Shown: positions 40,120 through 49,779 of the stretch, piece by piece
Numbering within the stretch: the first letter of the stretch is position 1
How the letters are laid out: every line of letters starts with the position of its first letter
Origin: Thermoanaerobaculaceae bacterium
GTDB lineage: Bacteria; Acidobacteriota; Thermoanaerobaculia; Multivoradales; UBA5704
Direction of reading: 5' to 3'
Length of the DNA: 64,000 nt
NCBI GenBank assembly: GCA_963778565.1
Contig: CAVZUZ010000010.1
Location: 64,065 to 128,064 of the forward strand
Notes under the pieces: generated by a model
The model's input: the letters and a program-made list of their open reading frames with translations, nothing else
Told to the model about the DNA's origin: nothing
Databases searched by the model: none
Made by a program: the position numbers and the translations under genes

Positions 40120-40641
40120 ATGGCGGAAAAGAGCATGGCAAACGTTCGCGAGAAAGAGCAGTTCCTCCACTTCCTGCGTAGCCGGGGACAGCGCGTCACC
40201 GGCGAGCGCCTGGCGCTCTTCGACGAGATCTTCTCGCTCCACGGCCACATCGACGCCGAGGAGCTGTTCGGCGTGATGAAGGCGCGGGGGCTCAAGATCT
40301 CACGCGCCACGGTGTATCGCAATCTCGACCTGTTGGTGGAGAGCGGCCTCGCCCGCAAGCAGCGCCTCGGCCGCCGGGGCTTTCTCTACGAGCACGTCCA
40401 CGGCGGGCAGCAGCACGATCACCTGGTGTGCACCGGCTGCGGCCGGGTCGTCGAGTTCGTCAGCCCGGGAATCGCGGCCCTGCAGGCGGAGATCTGCCGC
40501 GCGCACGGCTTCGTGCCGATGCGGCACACGCTGCAGATCACGGGTCTCTGCAACCGCTGCGCCGAGACCGCCGTGAGCCTGGAGAGCGAGCGAGCGGCGG
40601 CGGCGCCCACGCCGGCGCCTGGGAGGACGGTCCATGTTTGA
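40120..40641 (+). CDS. fur: Fur-family metalloregulator
   Basis: R.T.QR..L.........H..AEEL.......G..ISRATVYRNL.LL.E.GL, followed by HDHL.C..CG.V.EF and a C-terminal C..C. Confidence 0.85.
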   Translation: MAEKSMANVREKEQFLHFLRSRGQRVTGERLALFDEIFSLHGHIDAEELFGVMKARGLKISRATVYRNLDLLVESGLARKQRLGRRGFLYEHVHGGQQHDHLVCTGCGRVVEFVSPGIAALQAEICRAHGFVPMRHTLQITGLCNRCAETAVSLESERAAAAPTPAPGRTVHV

Positions 40642-41917
40642 GGCGCTGATCGTGACGCTGCGCGAGGGAGTCGAGGCGGCCCTGGTGGTGGGCATCATCG
40701 TCGTCTTCCTGCGCCGCGAAGGTTACGAACGCCACCTGGGAGCCGTCTGGTCAGGGATCGGCGCGGCGGCGGCGGCCAGCCTGCTGGGCGCCTTCCTGCT
40801 GAACCGGTGGGCGGTCAACGAGGAGGCCTTCGAGGGGGTGCTCTACCTCGGATCGGCGGTGATCGTCGGCTCGATGATGGTGTGGATGTGGCGGCACTCC
40901 CACGCTCTCTCGGGGGAGATGAAGGGATCGCTCTCCGGCATCCTCGGGCGCGAGCGGACCGGGTCGGTGGTCACGGGGCTGTTTCTGTTCACGTTTCTGA
41001 TGGTCTTCCGCGAGGGGGTGGAAACCGTTCTGTTCCTCTCCGCGCTGTCGCTGACCACGAGCGGGCTTGGCGCGGTCCTGGGCGTTCTCGCCGGCCTCGG
41101 GGCGGCCGTCGTCTTCGGCGTGCTGTTCGTTCGCGGCAGCTTGCGGATCGACCTCGGGCGTTTCTTCAAGATCACCGGCATCGCCCTGGGCATCTTCCTC
41201 CTGCAGCTGCTGATCAACGGTTACCACGAGCTCTCGGAGGCAGGGTGGCTGCCGGCCAACGAGACGACGATGGCGACGGTGGGCCCGCTGGTCCAGAACG
41301 AGTTCTTCTTCGTTCTGGCCGTGCTGATGTTGCCCCTGCTGATGCTGGTGATCCCGGGGCGTCCGCGGGAGGAGCCGGCGGCCTCCGGCGCGGCGGCGCG
41401 GCTCGAGCGGGCGGGAAGCCGCCGCCAGGCGCGCGCCCGGTTGCTCGGGGTGACCCTCGGCCTGGTGATCGTAGCGGCCCTCGGCCTGGGGTTCGTCTAT
41501 GCCCAGCCGCCGGCCGCGCTGTCACCGGCTGCGCCGGTGGAGGTGGCAGCCGATGGCACGGTGCGCATCCCGCTGTCGGAATTCACGGGCACCGAGTTGC
41601 ATCGTTTCCAGGTGACGATCGACGGCCAGACCGTGCGCTTCATCGCCGTGCCTCTCGAGGAGGGCGGAGCCATCGCCACCGCCTTCGACGCCTGCCTCAT
41701 TTGCGGACCGCGCGGCTATTACCAGGACGGCACCAACGTCACCTGCCTGCATTGCGGCTCGGCCGTCTACCCGCCGAGCATCGGCCAGGCGGGCGGCTGC
41801 AATCCCGTGCCCCTCCCTTCGCGGGCGGTGGGAGGCCAGCTCGTGCTGGCCGCGTCGGACCTCGCGGCGGGCCGCCATCTCTTCGCCTCCGGAGCCCACG
41901 CCGGGCACGCCGGATAG
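40634..41917 (+). CDS. FTR1-family iron permease fused to a C-terminal DUF2318-like Cys-rich domain
   Basis: Two REGVE motifs (LREGVEAAL and FREGVETVLFL) lie within about seven TM helices. The C-terminal block RFIAVPL..GG.IATAFDACLICGPRGYYQDG....C.HCGS is typical of DUF2318. Overlaps the fur stop. Confidence 0.8.
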   Translation: MFEALIVTLREGVEAALVVGIIVVFLRREGYERHLGAVWSGIGAAAAASLLGAFLLNRWAVNEEAFEGVLYLGSAVIVGSMMVWMWRHSHALSGEMKGSLSGILGRERTGSVVTGLFLFTFLMVFREGVETVLFLSALSLTTSGLGAVLGVLAGLGAAVVFGVLFVRGSLRIDLGRFFKITGIALGIFLLQLLINGYHELSEAGWLPANETTMATVGPLVQNEFFFVLAVLMLPLLMLVIPGRPREEPAASGAAARLERAGSRRQARARLLGVTLGLVIVAALGLGFVYAQPPAALSPAAPVEVAADGTVRIPLSEFTGTELHRFQVTIDGQTVRFIAVPLEEGGAIATAFDACLICGPRGYYQDGTNVTCLHCGSAVYPPSIGQAGGCNPVPLPSRAVGGQLVLAASDLAAGRHLFASGAHAGHAG

Positions 41918-41927
41918 AGAGACTCCG

Positions 41928-43142
41928 ATGTACGCGCGCCTGCTGATCGAGTCGCTGCGGCGGGGCACCCGGCGGAAGCTGCTGGCGGTCACTGCCGTGG
42001 CGCTCGGCACCCTGGGTGCCACGGCGCTCGCGGAAGTGGTGCTGGCGTCGGGGGATCGGCTGGCCGCGGAGCTGGGCTCCTACGGCGCCAATCTCGAGAT
42101 GGCGCCGGCCCGGGACGGAGAAACCCTCGCCGTCGGCGATCTCGCCAAGGTGCGGAAGATCTTCTGGCGCAACAACATCGTGGCGCTGGCGCCTTTCCTG
42201 AGCCTGCGGGTGCGGATGCAGCCCGGCGAAACGGTCGCGCCGCTGGTGGGCACCTGGTTCGATCACGCCTTGGAGCCCGGCTGGCGGACGGGCCTCCCAC
42301 GGACGCGACCGACGCTGCGGATCGACGGCCGCTGGCCGCGGGAGACCGAGGAGGTGGTTCTGGGCCGCCGGCTCGCGGAGCGCCTGGGCCTGCGCCGGGG
42401 AGGTGAGCTGCGGGCCGCCTTGGGCTCCCATAGCGAGAGCTTCCGGGTGGTCGGCGTGCTGACGAGCGGCGGCGAGGAGGACGAGCAGGCCTTCGCGCCG
42501 ATCGAGGCGGTGCAGCGGCTGGCGGACCGGCCCGGGCGGTTCACCCGCGCGGAGATCTTCGCCTTGACCTCGCCGGAGAGCCGCAACACGCGGCCGGATC
42601 CGTTGCGCATGAGCGCCGAGGAGTACGAGGCCTGGTACTGCACGGCCTACCCCTCGTCGATCGCCTTCCAGATCAATCGTGCCCTGCCGCAGGCGCGGAC
42701 GAGAGTGGTCTACGGCGTCACCCGGGCCACGGCCGACGTGCTGGGGCGGCTGCGGTGGGTTTTGGCCGCTCTTGCCGCCGTGGCGCTCGCCGGGGCCGTT
42801 GTCGGCGTGACCGCCGCGATGACTGCCACGGTGCTCGAGCGCCGTCTGGAAGCCGGCCTGATGGTGGCGATCGGCGCCGCGCGCAGCCGGGTGGTGCTGT
42901 TCTTCCTCAGCGAGGCGGCACTGCTGGGCACATTCGGCGGTCTGGCCGGCGGCGCGGGCGGGCTCGTCGCCGGACGGCTGCTGGGCAGCGGCGTCTTCGG
43001 CGTGACCGTTCCCTGGCTGCCTGTCCTGCTGCCCTGCGCCGCCCTGCTCGGACTGGTGGTCGCCGTCCTGGCGAGCCTCGCGCCGGTGGCGCGCGCCCTG
43101 GAGCGCTACCCGGCGGAGATCCTCAAGAGGGCCACCGCCTGA
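41928..43142 (+). CDS. FtsX-family ABC permease (iron cluster, subunit 1)
   Basis: N-terminal TM segment, a large extracytoplasmic domain and a C-terminal 3-TM FtsX domain (...LVAIGAARSRVVLFFLSEAALLG...). Confidence 0.75.
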   Translation: MYARLLIESLRRGTRRKLLAVTAVALGTLGATALAEVVLASGDRLAAELGSYGANLEMAPARDGETLAVGDLAKVRKIFWRNNIVALAPFLSLRVRMQPGETVAPLVGTWFDHALEPGWRTGLPRTRPTLRIDGRWPRETEEVVLGRRLAERLGLRRGGELRAALGSHSESFRVVGVLTSGGEEDEQAFAPIEAVQRLADRPGRFTRAEIFALTSPESRNTRPDPLRMSAEEYEAWYCTAYPSSIAFQINRALPQARTRVVYGVTRATADVLGRLRWVLAALAAVALAGAVVGVTAAMTATVLERRLEAGLMVAIGAARSRVVLFFLSEAALLGTFGGLAGGAGGLVAGRLLGSGVFGVTVPWLPVLLPCAALLGLVVAVLASLAPVARALERYPAEILKRATA

Positions 43143-43987
43143 TGGTCGTTCGTCTGGTGCTGGCCAGCTTTCGCCGCCGTTTCCGGCAGCTCGCGCTCAT
43201 CCTCGCCGCGGTGACCGTGGCGGCGGCAACGGTCACGACGCTGGCGGGGTTCTCCAGCCGCGCGGCACAACGCCTCGCGGAAGGGCTCTCGACCTTCGGT
43301 CCGAATCTCACCGTGCGCCCGCAGGTGGGAGGGCCGGCGATGATTCCGCCGGGCGCCCTGTCGCGGGTGCGGGAAGTGCCCGGCGTTTCCTCCGCCACCG
43401 GCGTGGCCGCGGTGGCTCCGGCGAGCTTCGGCCACACGTCCGCACCCGGGCTCGACCGTATCGAGGTGCGGGCGGATGCCGGTCGGCTGGCGGAGGTGGC
43501 GCGCGGCATCGAGGCGAAGGTCGAGGGGATCGAGGCGGTTCCTCTGCTGCGCGTCAGCGAGTCGGACGCCCGGTTCACCCAGCGTCTCATCCTGCTGCTG
43601 GCGGCGGTGAGCGCCGTCTCCTTCCTGCTGGCGCTCCTCTCCGTGGGAGCCGCGACGACCGCCCTGGTCGGCGAGCGGCGGACGGAGATCGGCCTCTTCC
43701 TGGCGCTCGGCTACACCGGCCGGCGGATCGGCCTCTTCCTGGCGGCCGAGCTGCTCGCCGCGGCGGTAGTGGCGGGAGCCTTGGGAGAGATCCTCGGCGA
43801 GCTGGCGGCCGGAGGTCTCGTCCAGCGGACGCTCGGGGCCGGCGGGGGCCCGTCCCTGCTATCGCTGACATGGAGCGGCTTTGGCGCCGCGGCGCTCGTG
43901 GCATTGCTGGTGGTGGGCTTCTCGATGCTGCTGGCGCTGCGGCGGGTCGAGCGGCTGGACGCCGCGCGGGTCTTGCGGGGCGATTGA
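43142..43987 (+). CDS. FtsX-family ABC permease (iron cluster, subunit 2)
   Basis: ATG overlaps the preceding stop. MVVRLVLASFRRRFRQLALIL... and a C-terminal FtsX-like domain (...LALGYTGRRIGLFLAAELL...). Confidence 0.7.
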   Translation: MVVRLVLASFRRRFRQLALILAAVTVAAATVTTLAGFSSRAAQRLAEGLSTFGPNLTVRPQVGGPAMIPPGALSRVREVPGVSSATGVAAVAPASFGHTSAPGLDRIEVRADAGRLAEVARGIEAKVEGIEAVPLLRVSESDARFTQRLILLLAAVSAVSFLLALLSVGAATTALVGERRTEIGLFLALGYTGRRIGLFLAAELLAAAVVAGALGEILGELAAGGLVQRTLGAGGGPSLLSLTWSGFGAAALVALLVVGFSMLLALRRVERLDAARVLRGD

Positions 43988-43994
43988 GGGGCCC

Positions 43995-45059
43995 ATGCCG
44001 CTGGTCGAGGTCGAGGCCCTGAGCCGCTGTTTCGGTCCGTTGCGCGCCCTGGACGATCTGGCGATCTCCATCGAGGAGGGCGAGTGGCTGGCGGTGACCG
44101 GCCCCTCGGGATCCGGCAAGACGACGCTGCTCAACATCCTCTCGGGATTGGACCGTCCGACCTCTGGGCGGGTCAGGGTCGGCGGGGTCGAGCTCGCGGC
44201 GCTCTCGGCGCGCGAGCTGGCGCGCTACCGCCAGCGGATGGTCGGCCTGGTCTTCCAGCAGTTCCATCTGATCCCCTACCTGACGGCCCTGGAGAACGTC
44301 ATGCTGGCGCAGTACGTCCATAGCATGACCGACCGCGCCGAGGCCGAGGACGCCCTGCGCAAGGTCGGGCTGGCCGAGCGTCTGAGCCATCTGCCGAGCC
44401 AGCTCTCCGGCGGCGAGCAGCAACGGGTGTGCATCGCCCGCGCCCTGATCAACCAGCCGCCGCTGATCCTCGCCGACGAGCCCACGGGCAACCTCGACGC
44501 GGTGAACGAGGCGGTGGTGATGTCGCTGCTGGCGGATCTGCATCAGCAGGGGCACACCCTGGTGCTGGTCACCCACGATCCCGCCATCGCCGCCCGGGCG
44601 GCGCGCGAGGTCCGTCTGGAGCACGGCCGCCTCGCCCACGTCGAGCAGCCCGGCGGCACGGAGCTGCAAGCCGTGCTGGCGGAGCTGTGGCAGTCGATCG
44701 AGGAGGACGCGATCGGGGTCTCGGTGGCGCGGCGTGGCGTGGCCGAGCTGCTGGCCGAGGGTCTGCTCGCATTCGTGGACGGCAGGATCGCGTTCACGGA
44801 GCGCGGCCACGCCCAGGCTCTGGCGGTGGTCCGGCGAGTGCGGCTGGCGGAGGTGCTGCTCGCGCGGACCCTCGACCGCGGCTCGGAGTGCGGCCGGGAG
44901 GCGCCCGTCGCCGCCGGGTTCGAGGATCAGGTCTGCGCCTTTCTCGAACATCCCGCCGCTTGTCCGCATGGCCGGCCCATCCCCGCCGGCGGGGGCTGCT
45001 GCGCGAGAGAGGCCATTCCGAATCGGGAGACGGGCGAGGCGGTGGAGGTCGGCGCTTGA
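43995..45059 (+). CDS. ABC transporter ATP-binding protein fused to a C-terminal DtxR/MntR-like domain
   Basis: Walker [10 protein letters not shown], signature LSGGEQQRV and Walker [13 protein letters not shown] in the first ~225 aa. The extension from about 44697 carries ...[38 protein letters not shown]... and [15 protein letters not shown], which resemble the DtxR wHTH and metal-binding/dimerisation motifs. Confidence 0.8.
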   Translation: MPLVEVEALSRCFGPLRALDDLAISIEEGEWLAVTGPSGSGKTTLLNILSGLDRPTSGRVRVGGVELAALSARELARYRQRMVGLVFQQFHLIPYLTALENVMLAQYVHSMTDRAEAEDALRKVGLAERLSHLPSQLSGGEQQRVCIARALINQPPLILADEPTGNLDAVNEAVVMSLLADLHQQGHTLVLVTHDPAIAARAAREVRLEHGRLAHVEQPGGTELQAVLAELWQSIEEDAIGVSVARRGVAELLAEGLLAFVDGRIAFTERGHAQALAVVRRVRLAEVLLARTLDRGSECGREAPVAAGFEDQVCAFLEHPAACPHGRPIPAGGGCCAREAIPNRETGEAVEVGA

Positions 45060-45078
45060 GGGCGGCGGCGGCCCGGAG

Positions 45079-46083
45079 CTATCTGCGGCCGACGTCCGAC
45101 CAGCGGTAGCCGACCTGGAGCGGCGGGCTGGCGCCGCTGCCCAGGAACCAGAGCGCGGAAGGACGCGGCCGCAGCGATCCCAGCCGGAGCTGGCCTTCGC
45201 GGGCGCCGGCGATCAGCAGCGCCGTGGCGAGGCCCTGAGCGTCTACGGCGAGATCCGTGACCACCGCGGTCGCCAGCGTGCCTCGGGCAGGCACCCCCGT
45301 CCGCTGGTTGACGTAAGGGAATCCCGCGCCCGATGCCTGCAGAGGATGATCGGACTGCGAGGCGACCGCCAGGGCACGGTCGCGCAGGTAGATCTCTCCC
45401 GTAGGTCCGTCCAGCCCGGGCACCTCGGGCAGAGCGACCGTCCAGCCTTTGCCTCCGGGTCCGGGTCCGAAGCCGCGTTGGATCTGACCGATCCGGACGA
45501 AGCCGTTGGCCACGCCTTTCTGCCGCAGGATCTCCACCGCGCGATCCACGGCATGGCCTTCGGCGAACCCCCACAGATCGAGCCCGCTGCCTGCCGCCAG
45601 GGTCGCGGTGCCGTGTTCCGCGTCGACGATCAGCCGGTCGCAGGCCGTGAGACCGACCGCCTGCGCCAGCGGTTCCGGAGCGGGAGGATCCGCTGCCGGC
45701 GCGCGCAAACCCCGCAACGAATAGAGATCCCGGCCGAGAGGCCCGTGCGCGCCCTCGGACCAGAAGCAGAAGTCGAGGGCGCGGTTGAGCACCGCCAACA
45801 GCCGCGCATCCAGCGGCTGCGGTCCCTTGCCGGCCGCGGCGTTGAGGACCGCGAGGGTGCCGTCGGGCCGGCTGGCATCCGTGAGCCGCTCGATGCCAGA
45901 AATCTCGGCCAGAGCCCCTTGGATGGCCTCCCGGGCGGCTTGCGCCGGCAGGTCTCGCACCTCGATCTCCACCGGCCGGCCGAAGGCCGTGGTGGCGAGG
46001 CGAAGGGGAGTGGCGGAAGAAGAGGGGGGCTGCGCGGGGGAGGATGGCGCCCCCAGCAGCAGCGCGAAGATCAGCGGCAGCAT
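45079..46083 (-). CDS. apbE: FAD:protein FMN transferase (ApbE family)
   Basis: Signal peptide [13 protein letters not shown]. ApbE-like blocks ...[19 protein letters not shown]...G.V.IGQI... and ...VVTD.AV.A.GLATAL. ATG 46083 is preferred over 46122. Confidence 0.8.
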   Translation of the reverse strand: MLPLIFALLLGAPSSPAQPPSSSATPLRLATTAFGRPVEIEVRDLPAQAAREAIQGALAEISGIERLTDASRPDGTLAVLNAAAGKGPQPLDARLLAVLNRALDFCFWSEGAHGPLGRDLYSLRGLRAPAADPPAPEPLAQAVGLTACDRLIVDAEHGTATLAAGSGLDLWGFAEGHAVDRAVEILRQKGVANGFVRIGQIQRGFGPGPGGKGWTVALPEVPGLDGPTGEIYLRDRALAVASQSDHPLQASGAGFPYVNQRTGVPARGTLATAVVTDLAVDAQGLATALLIAGAREGQLRLGSLRPRPSALWFLGSGASPPLQVGYRWSDVGRR

Positions 46084-46091
46084 AGGCGTCC

Positions 46092-46742
46092 TTACGAGCG
46101 ATCCTGCCGGACCAGAAAGCACTCCAGCACCGCCTGGTGGACCTTTCGCAGCTCGGCGCCGTCATAGTGGGCGGGATAGTCCACGCGCTCGGCGACGAGC
46201 CGATCCCGCAACAGGCCCTCGAAGGCGCCGATGAGGGCCGACCGGATCGCTTCCGGATTCAGATCCTGCCGCAGCAGTCCCGCCTGGCGCATCTCCTGCA
46301 ACAACCCGTCCACCACGCCCAGGACCTGCTGGAAGCCACGGGTCAGCAGCACCAGATGGCCGTGCTTGCGGATGCGGCGGCCTTCGAGCAGCATCAGCGT
46401 GCTGATCTCCTTGTCCCTCTCGAGCGCGCCGATCATGACCTCGGTCAGCGCCCGCAGCTTGTCGACGGGGGATTGATACGCCTCCTGAATGTGCCTCAGG
46501 CCCTGGGACATCCTCTCCCAGGCCTGGTCGTAGATGGCCTCGAGCAGACCTTCCTTGCTGCCGAAGTGCTTGATGAGCTGCGATTCGCTGGTCCCGGCCT
46601 TGCGGGCGATCGCCGAGGTCGTGGTGTTTTCGTAGCCGTCGCCCGCGAACAGCTCGCGGCCGGCCTGGAGGATGCGGTCGTGAGACGAAAGCTCGCCGGC
46701 AGCCGCTCCCTCCCGGGCAGCGGGAGTTTGATTCTTCTTCAT
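46092..46742 (-). CDS. TetR/AcrR-family transcriptional regulator
   Basis: N-terminal HTH: RILQAGRELFAGDGYENTTTSAIARKAGTSESQLIKHFGSKEGLL. Confidence 0.85.
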   Translation of the reverse strand: MKKNQTPAAREGAAAGELSSHDRILQAGRELFAGDGYENTTTSAIARKAGTSESQLIKHFGSKEGLLEAIYDQAWERMSQGLRHIQEAYQSPVDKLRALTEVMIGALERDKEISTLMLLEGRRIRKHGHLVLLTRGFQQVLGVVDGLLQEMRQAGLLRQDLNPEAIRSALIGAFEGLLRDRLVAERVDYPAHYDGAELRKVHQAVLECFLVRQDRS

Positions 46743-46745
46743 AAC

Positions 46746-47591
46746 CTAAAACCAATCGTATATGGCGATAGGGCGAGAAGCAACGATGGTAGCACCACTA
46801 TTGTCGCCGGAACGAGGAGGATCCGGACGCGACAGCCCACGAACCGCTGGGCGGGACCTCAGAAGTTGATGTACTCGAAGCTCGGGTTTGAGAGCGGGCC
46901 TCGCCGGCAGGCCCCGCCGCAGCGCCGGCTGCCTGAATTGCAGCACCAAATAGGCGCGGAACACCGCCGCGAACATCTCGAAACGGGCGCGGAAGCCCCG
47001 CGCCAGGCCACGTTTCTTTTCCTTGACGAGGTGCTTCAGGTTGTACATCACGGTCGTGGTGAGGCGGCAGCCGAGCTGCCGGCAGGCCCAGTTGAGGCCG
47101 ATCTCGATGGCGAACCCCTCCTGATGGCTCTCCGGCACCGCCTCGAAGACCTGCCGGCGCAGACAGCGGATCCCCGACAACAGGAACCCGCTGGCCCGGT
47201 GGAGCGCGTTCAGCGGGGCGCCGTAGTGACGGATGCCGACGTTCATGTCGGATCTACCCGCAAGCACCGGCTCCACGAGGCGTTCCAGCAGGTCCACCGA
47301 CAGGTTCAGGATGTCACCGTCGACGAAGAGAAGGATCTCGGCATGGGTATGCGCCACGCCGATTGCCATCGCCCTGCCCTTGCCCTGGTTCTGGCGGAGG
47401 TGGATCGTCCGCAGACCCATGGCGCGGGCGATCTCGACGGTGCCGTCGGTCGAGCCGTCCGAGACCACCAGGATCTCGCCGATCGCGGGTGTGGCCTTGA
47501 GGACCGAGAGGACCTCCTTCAGGGTGGCCTCTTCGTTAAAGGCCGGCACGATGGCCGCGACGGAAGAAGCTCCTTCCGGGGATGTTCTCAT
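46746..47591 (-). CDS. Family 2 glycosyltransferase
   Basis: AIVPAFNEE.TL.EVL..L........EILVVSDGSTD.T.EIA ... LFVDGD is a GT-A/GT2 signature. Confidence 0.8.
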   Translation of the reverse strand: MRTSPEGASSVAAIVPAFNEEATLKEVLSVLKATPAIGEILVVSDGSTDGTVEIARAMGLRTIHLRQNQGKGRAMAIGVAHTHAEILLFVDGDILNLSVDLLERLVEPVLAGRSDMNVGIRHYGAPLNALHRASGFLLSGIRCLRRQVFEAVPESHQEGFAIEIGLNWACRQLGCRLTTTVMYNLKHLVKEKKRGLARGFRARFEMFAAVFRAYLVLQFRQPALRRGLPARPALKPELRVHQLLRSRPAVRGLSRPDPPRSGDNSGATIVASRPIAIYDWF

Positions 47592-47698
47592 TTCAGCCCC
47601 TCCCGCCCCAGCGGACGTGCAAGAACGCGGCCCGGCGCGCCATCCGCGCTATCCGCGCGCTATCGGCGATAACTGCCGAGCCAAGAATAACCAATCCT

Positions 47699-48559
47699 CT
47701 ACCTCCCGGGGAGGGCGGGGCTCGTCTGCACGCCGGCGGACGTCGCGGGGCCGGCCAGCGCTCCCGGCAGCATCTCGCCTTCGGCGACGATGCGGGCGTC
47801 GCCGGAGAGCGACCACCTGCCTGCGGCGAGGTCGCCGTCGACCTGCAGCTCGAACCCTCCCCGGGTCGCGACCCGCAGCGGCAGCCGGGCCTGGCCCGTC
47901 GCGAGCCCTACGGCGGCGCCGGCCAGCACGCCGGTGCCGCAGGAGAGCGTCTCGTCCTCGACGCCGCGCTCGTAGGTCCGGATCTCCATGCGGTCCGGTG
48001 CCGGGAAACGCACGAAGTTGACGTTGGTTCCCGGCGCGCCGAAGGCGGGATCGTGACGGATCTCGCGGCCCAGCTCGCGAACGGGAGCCCGCTCCAGCCC
48101 CGCGGGCCAGATCAGGACGAAATGCGGAACGCCGACGAGAATCCGCTGGCCGGCATGGCTTTCGCCCCCGGCCCGCACCGCGAGCGAGCGCGGCGGCTCG
48201 GTGATGAAAGGCAGCTCGACGGCGATGCGGAACGGGTCCAGCCGGCGGCACGGGAAGTCGCCCGCCGCCGTGCGGATCCCCACCGTCCCCTCCGCCCATC
48301 CGAGGTGGAAGGCGAGCTGGGCGGCACAGCGGGTGCCGTTCAGGCACAGGTCGGCGGGAAGGCCGTCGGCGTTGAAGTAGTCCATTGCCGCCATTGCCGC
48401 GCCGCCCCCGGTCCGCCGCAGGACGAACAGGCCATCGGCCCCGAGCGAGACGCCGCGCCGGCACCAGGCGCGGATCGTCGCGGAATCCGGAATCTCGAAG
48501 GGCTCCGCCAGCGCCAGGAAGTCGTTGCCGCTGCCGGAGACCTTGTAGAAATGCGTCAT
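47699..48559 (-). CDS. dapF: Diaminopimelate epimerase
   Basis: F.KVSGSGNDF... at the N-terminus; second active-site region ...ETLSCGTG..A. Confidence 0.9.
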   Translation of the reverse strand: MTHFYKVSGSGNDFLALAEPFEIPDSATIRAWCRRGVSLGADGLFVLRRTGGGAAMAAMDYFNADGLPADLCLNGTRCAAQLAFHLGWAEGTVGIRTAAGDFPCRRLDPFRIAVELPFITEPPRSLAVRAGGESHAGQRILVGVPHFVLIWPAGLERAPVRELGREIRHDPAFGAPGTNVNFVRFPAPDRMEIRTYERGVEDETLSCGTGVLAGAAVGLATGQARLPLRVATRGGFELQVDGDLAAGRWSLSGDARIVAEGEMLPGALAGPATSAGVQTSPALPGR

Positions 48560-49619
48560 GGCACGGTGGCCCGGACCTCGCCTCCGTGAGCGCTCTCATT
48601 GCCGCCCTGATCGATCGCCGTCACGCGGTAGCTGTAGCTCTCGCCGGCACGGACCGCGGTATCGACAAACTCGGCGGTCTCCACCGGCTGAGCGGTGAGA
48701 CGCTCGAAGGCGCCGCTCTCGCCGGCCGCGGCGGTAGACGATGTAACCGGCGAGGTCGTCCGCCTCGCTGGCCCGCCATACCAGGCGCACCCGGCCCTCT
48801 TCGGCCAAGGCCACCAAATCGCCCGGGGCGGGCGGCGCGAAGCGGTCTTGATAGCGCACCTCGTGCTCGCTCGTGATGGCGCTCTCGACGATCGGCTCCT
48901 GCTGGCCCAGGGCGGTCACGGTGTAGATGTAGCTCTCGCCGAACCGGGCGGTGGTGTCGAGCCAGCTCGTTTCCTGGGTTCCGGCGGTGTGGATCGGCCG
49001 CCCGTGGGCGCGCTCCTGAGAGCCCCGGCGATAGACGTTGTACCCGGCCGTGGCTCCCTCGACGGGAGACCACTCGACCCGCACGCCATCGGCGCGAGCG
49101 GTGACGGTGACACGGCCGGGCGCCGGCGGCGGCGCCTTGGGCACGAGCATCGCCACGTTCGAGAGGTCCGACCGGTCGCCGTTCTTGCCGAACGTGCGCA
49201 CGCCGTAGTACCGGGCTTCCGGGGCCGCGCCTGCCGCGAGTCTCGGGCAGGGGCAGCAGGACGATGATGCGGCCGCCGTCGGTCGCCGTCGTGAGGTCCG
49301 CTCCGGCGAGCTTCTGCAGGAGCTTCGCGGCGGCGTTGAACTCTCGCGGATCGAGGGGGCTGGCTTTCCCTTCCGGCGCGGGACGGGAGGCCTCCCAGAT
49401 CTCGACAGCCAAAATCCCCCCGAGAGCCGTGCCGGCCGGCGTGGTCTGAGGGTAGCCGAAGCTCAGCAGCAGCCGCGGACCCTGCTGGACGACCGAGAGA
49501 TCCCGAGTCGGAGCCGGAACCGCCCGCAGGGGAGGCGCCGGCGGGCCCTGTTTGCCGCAGGCGAGGGCGGTGAGAAGAACGAGGGCCAAGGCGGCCGTAG
49601 TGCCCTCCGAAACCCTCAC
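48556..49619 (-). pseudogene. Lipoprotein with fibronectin type III-like repeats; two frameshifts (near 49230 and 48715)
   Basis: Lipobox LLTALAC. Repeated W.P.......GY.VYRR ... Y.Y.VTA.D..GNES patterns are spread over three frames (tracks 48621..49826, 48596..49201 and a third frame ending in the TGA that overlaps the dapF ATG). The start (GTG 49619) lies inside repeat A3 and is uncertain. Confidence 0.6.
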
Positions 49620-49736
49620 CACCCCGGCCCTCTTCTCCCAGAGGGAGAGGAGGGAGAAAGACTGATTCTTTTTTTGGTCTTGTTCCCCTCTCTCCCCCCG
49701 GGAGAGAGGGGTTAGGGGAGTGAGGGCTTCGGAGGG
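49603..49736. repeat. Family-A intergenic palindromic element, short form (copy A3)
   Basis: CCCTCCGAAACCCTCACCACCCCGGCCCTCTTCTCCCAGAGGGAGAGGAGGGAG ... CCCCTCTCTCCCCCCGGGAGAGAGGGGTTAGGGGAGTGAGGGCTTCGGAGGG. Confidence 0.7.
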
Positions 49737-49779
49737 CAGACCGCCGAAAGATTCACAACCCCCCCCGGGGAACCCGTTC

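Noticed and set aside
43587-44969. 460-aa minus-strand ORF
   Set aside because: It is antisense to the ABC ATPase-DtxR fusion gene and is Arg/Pro-rich.
46137-47672. 511-aa plus-strand ORF
   Set aside because: It is antisense to the TetR and GT2 genes, and no motifs were found.
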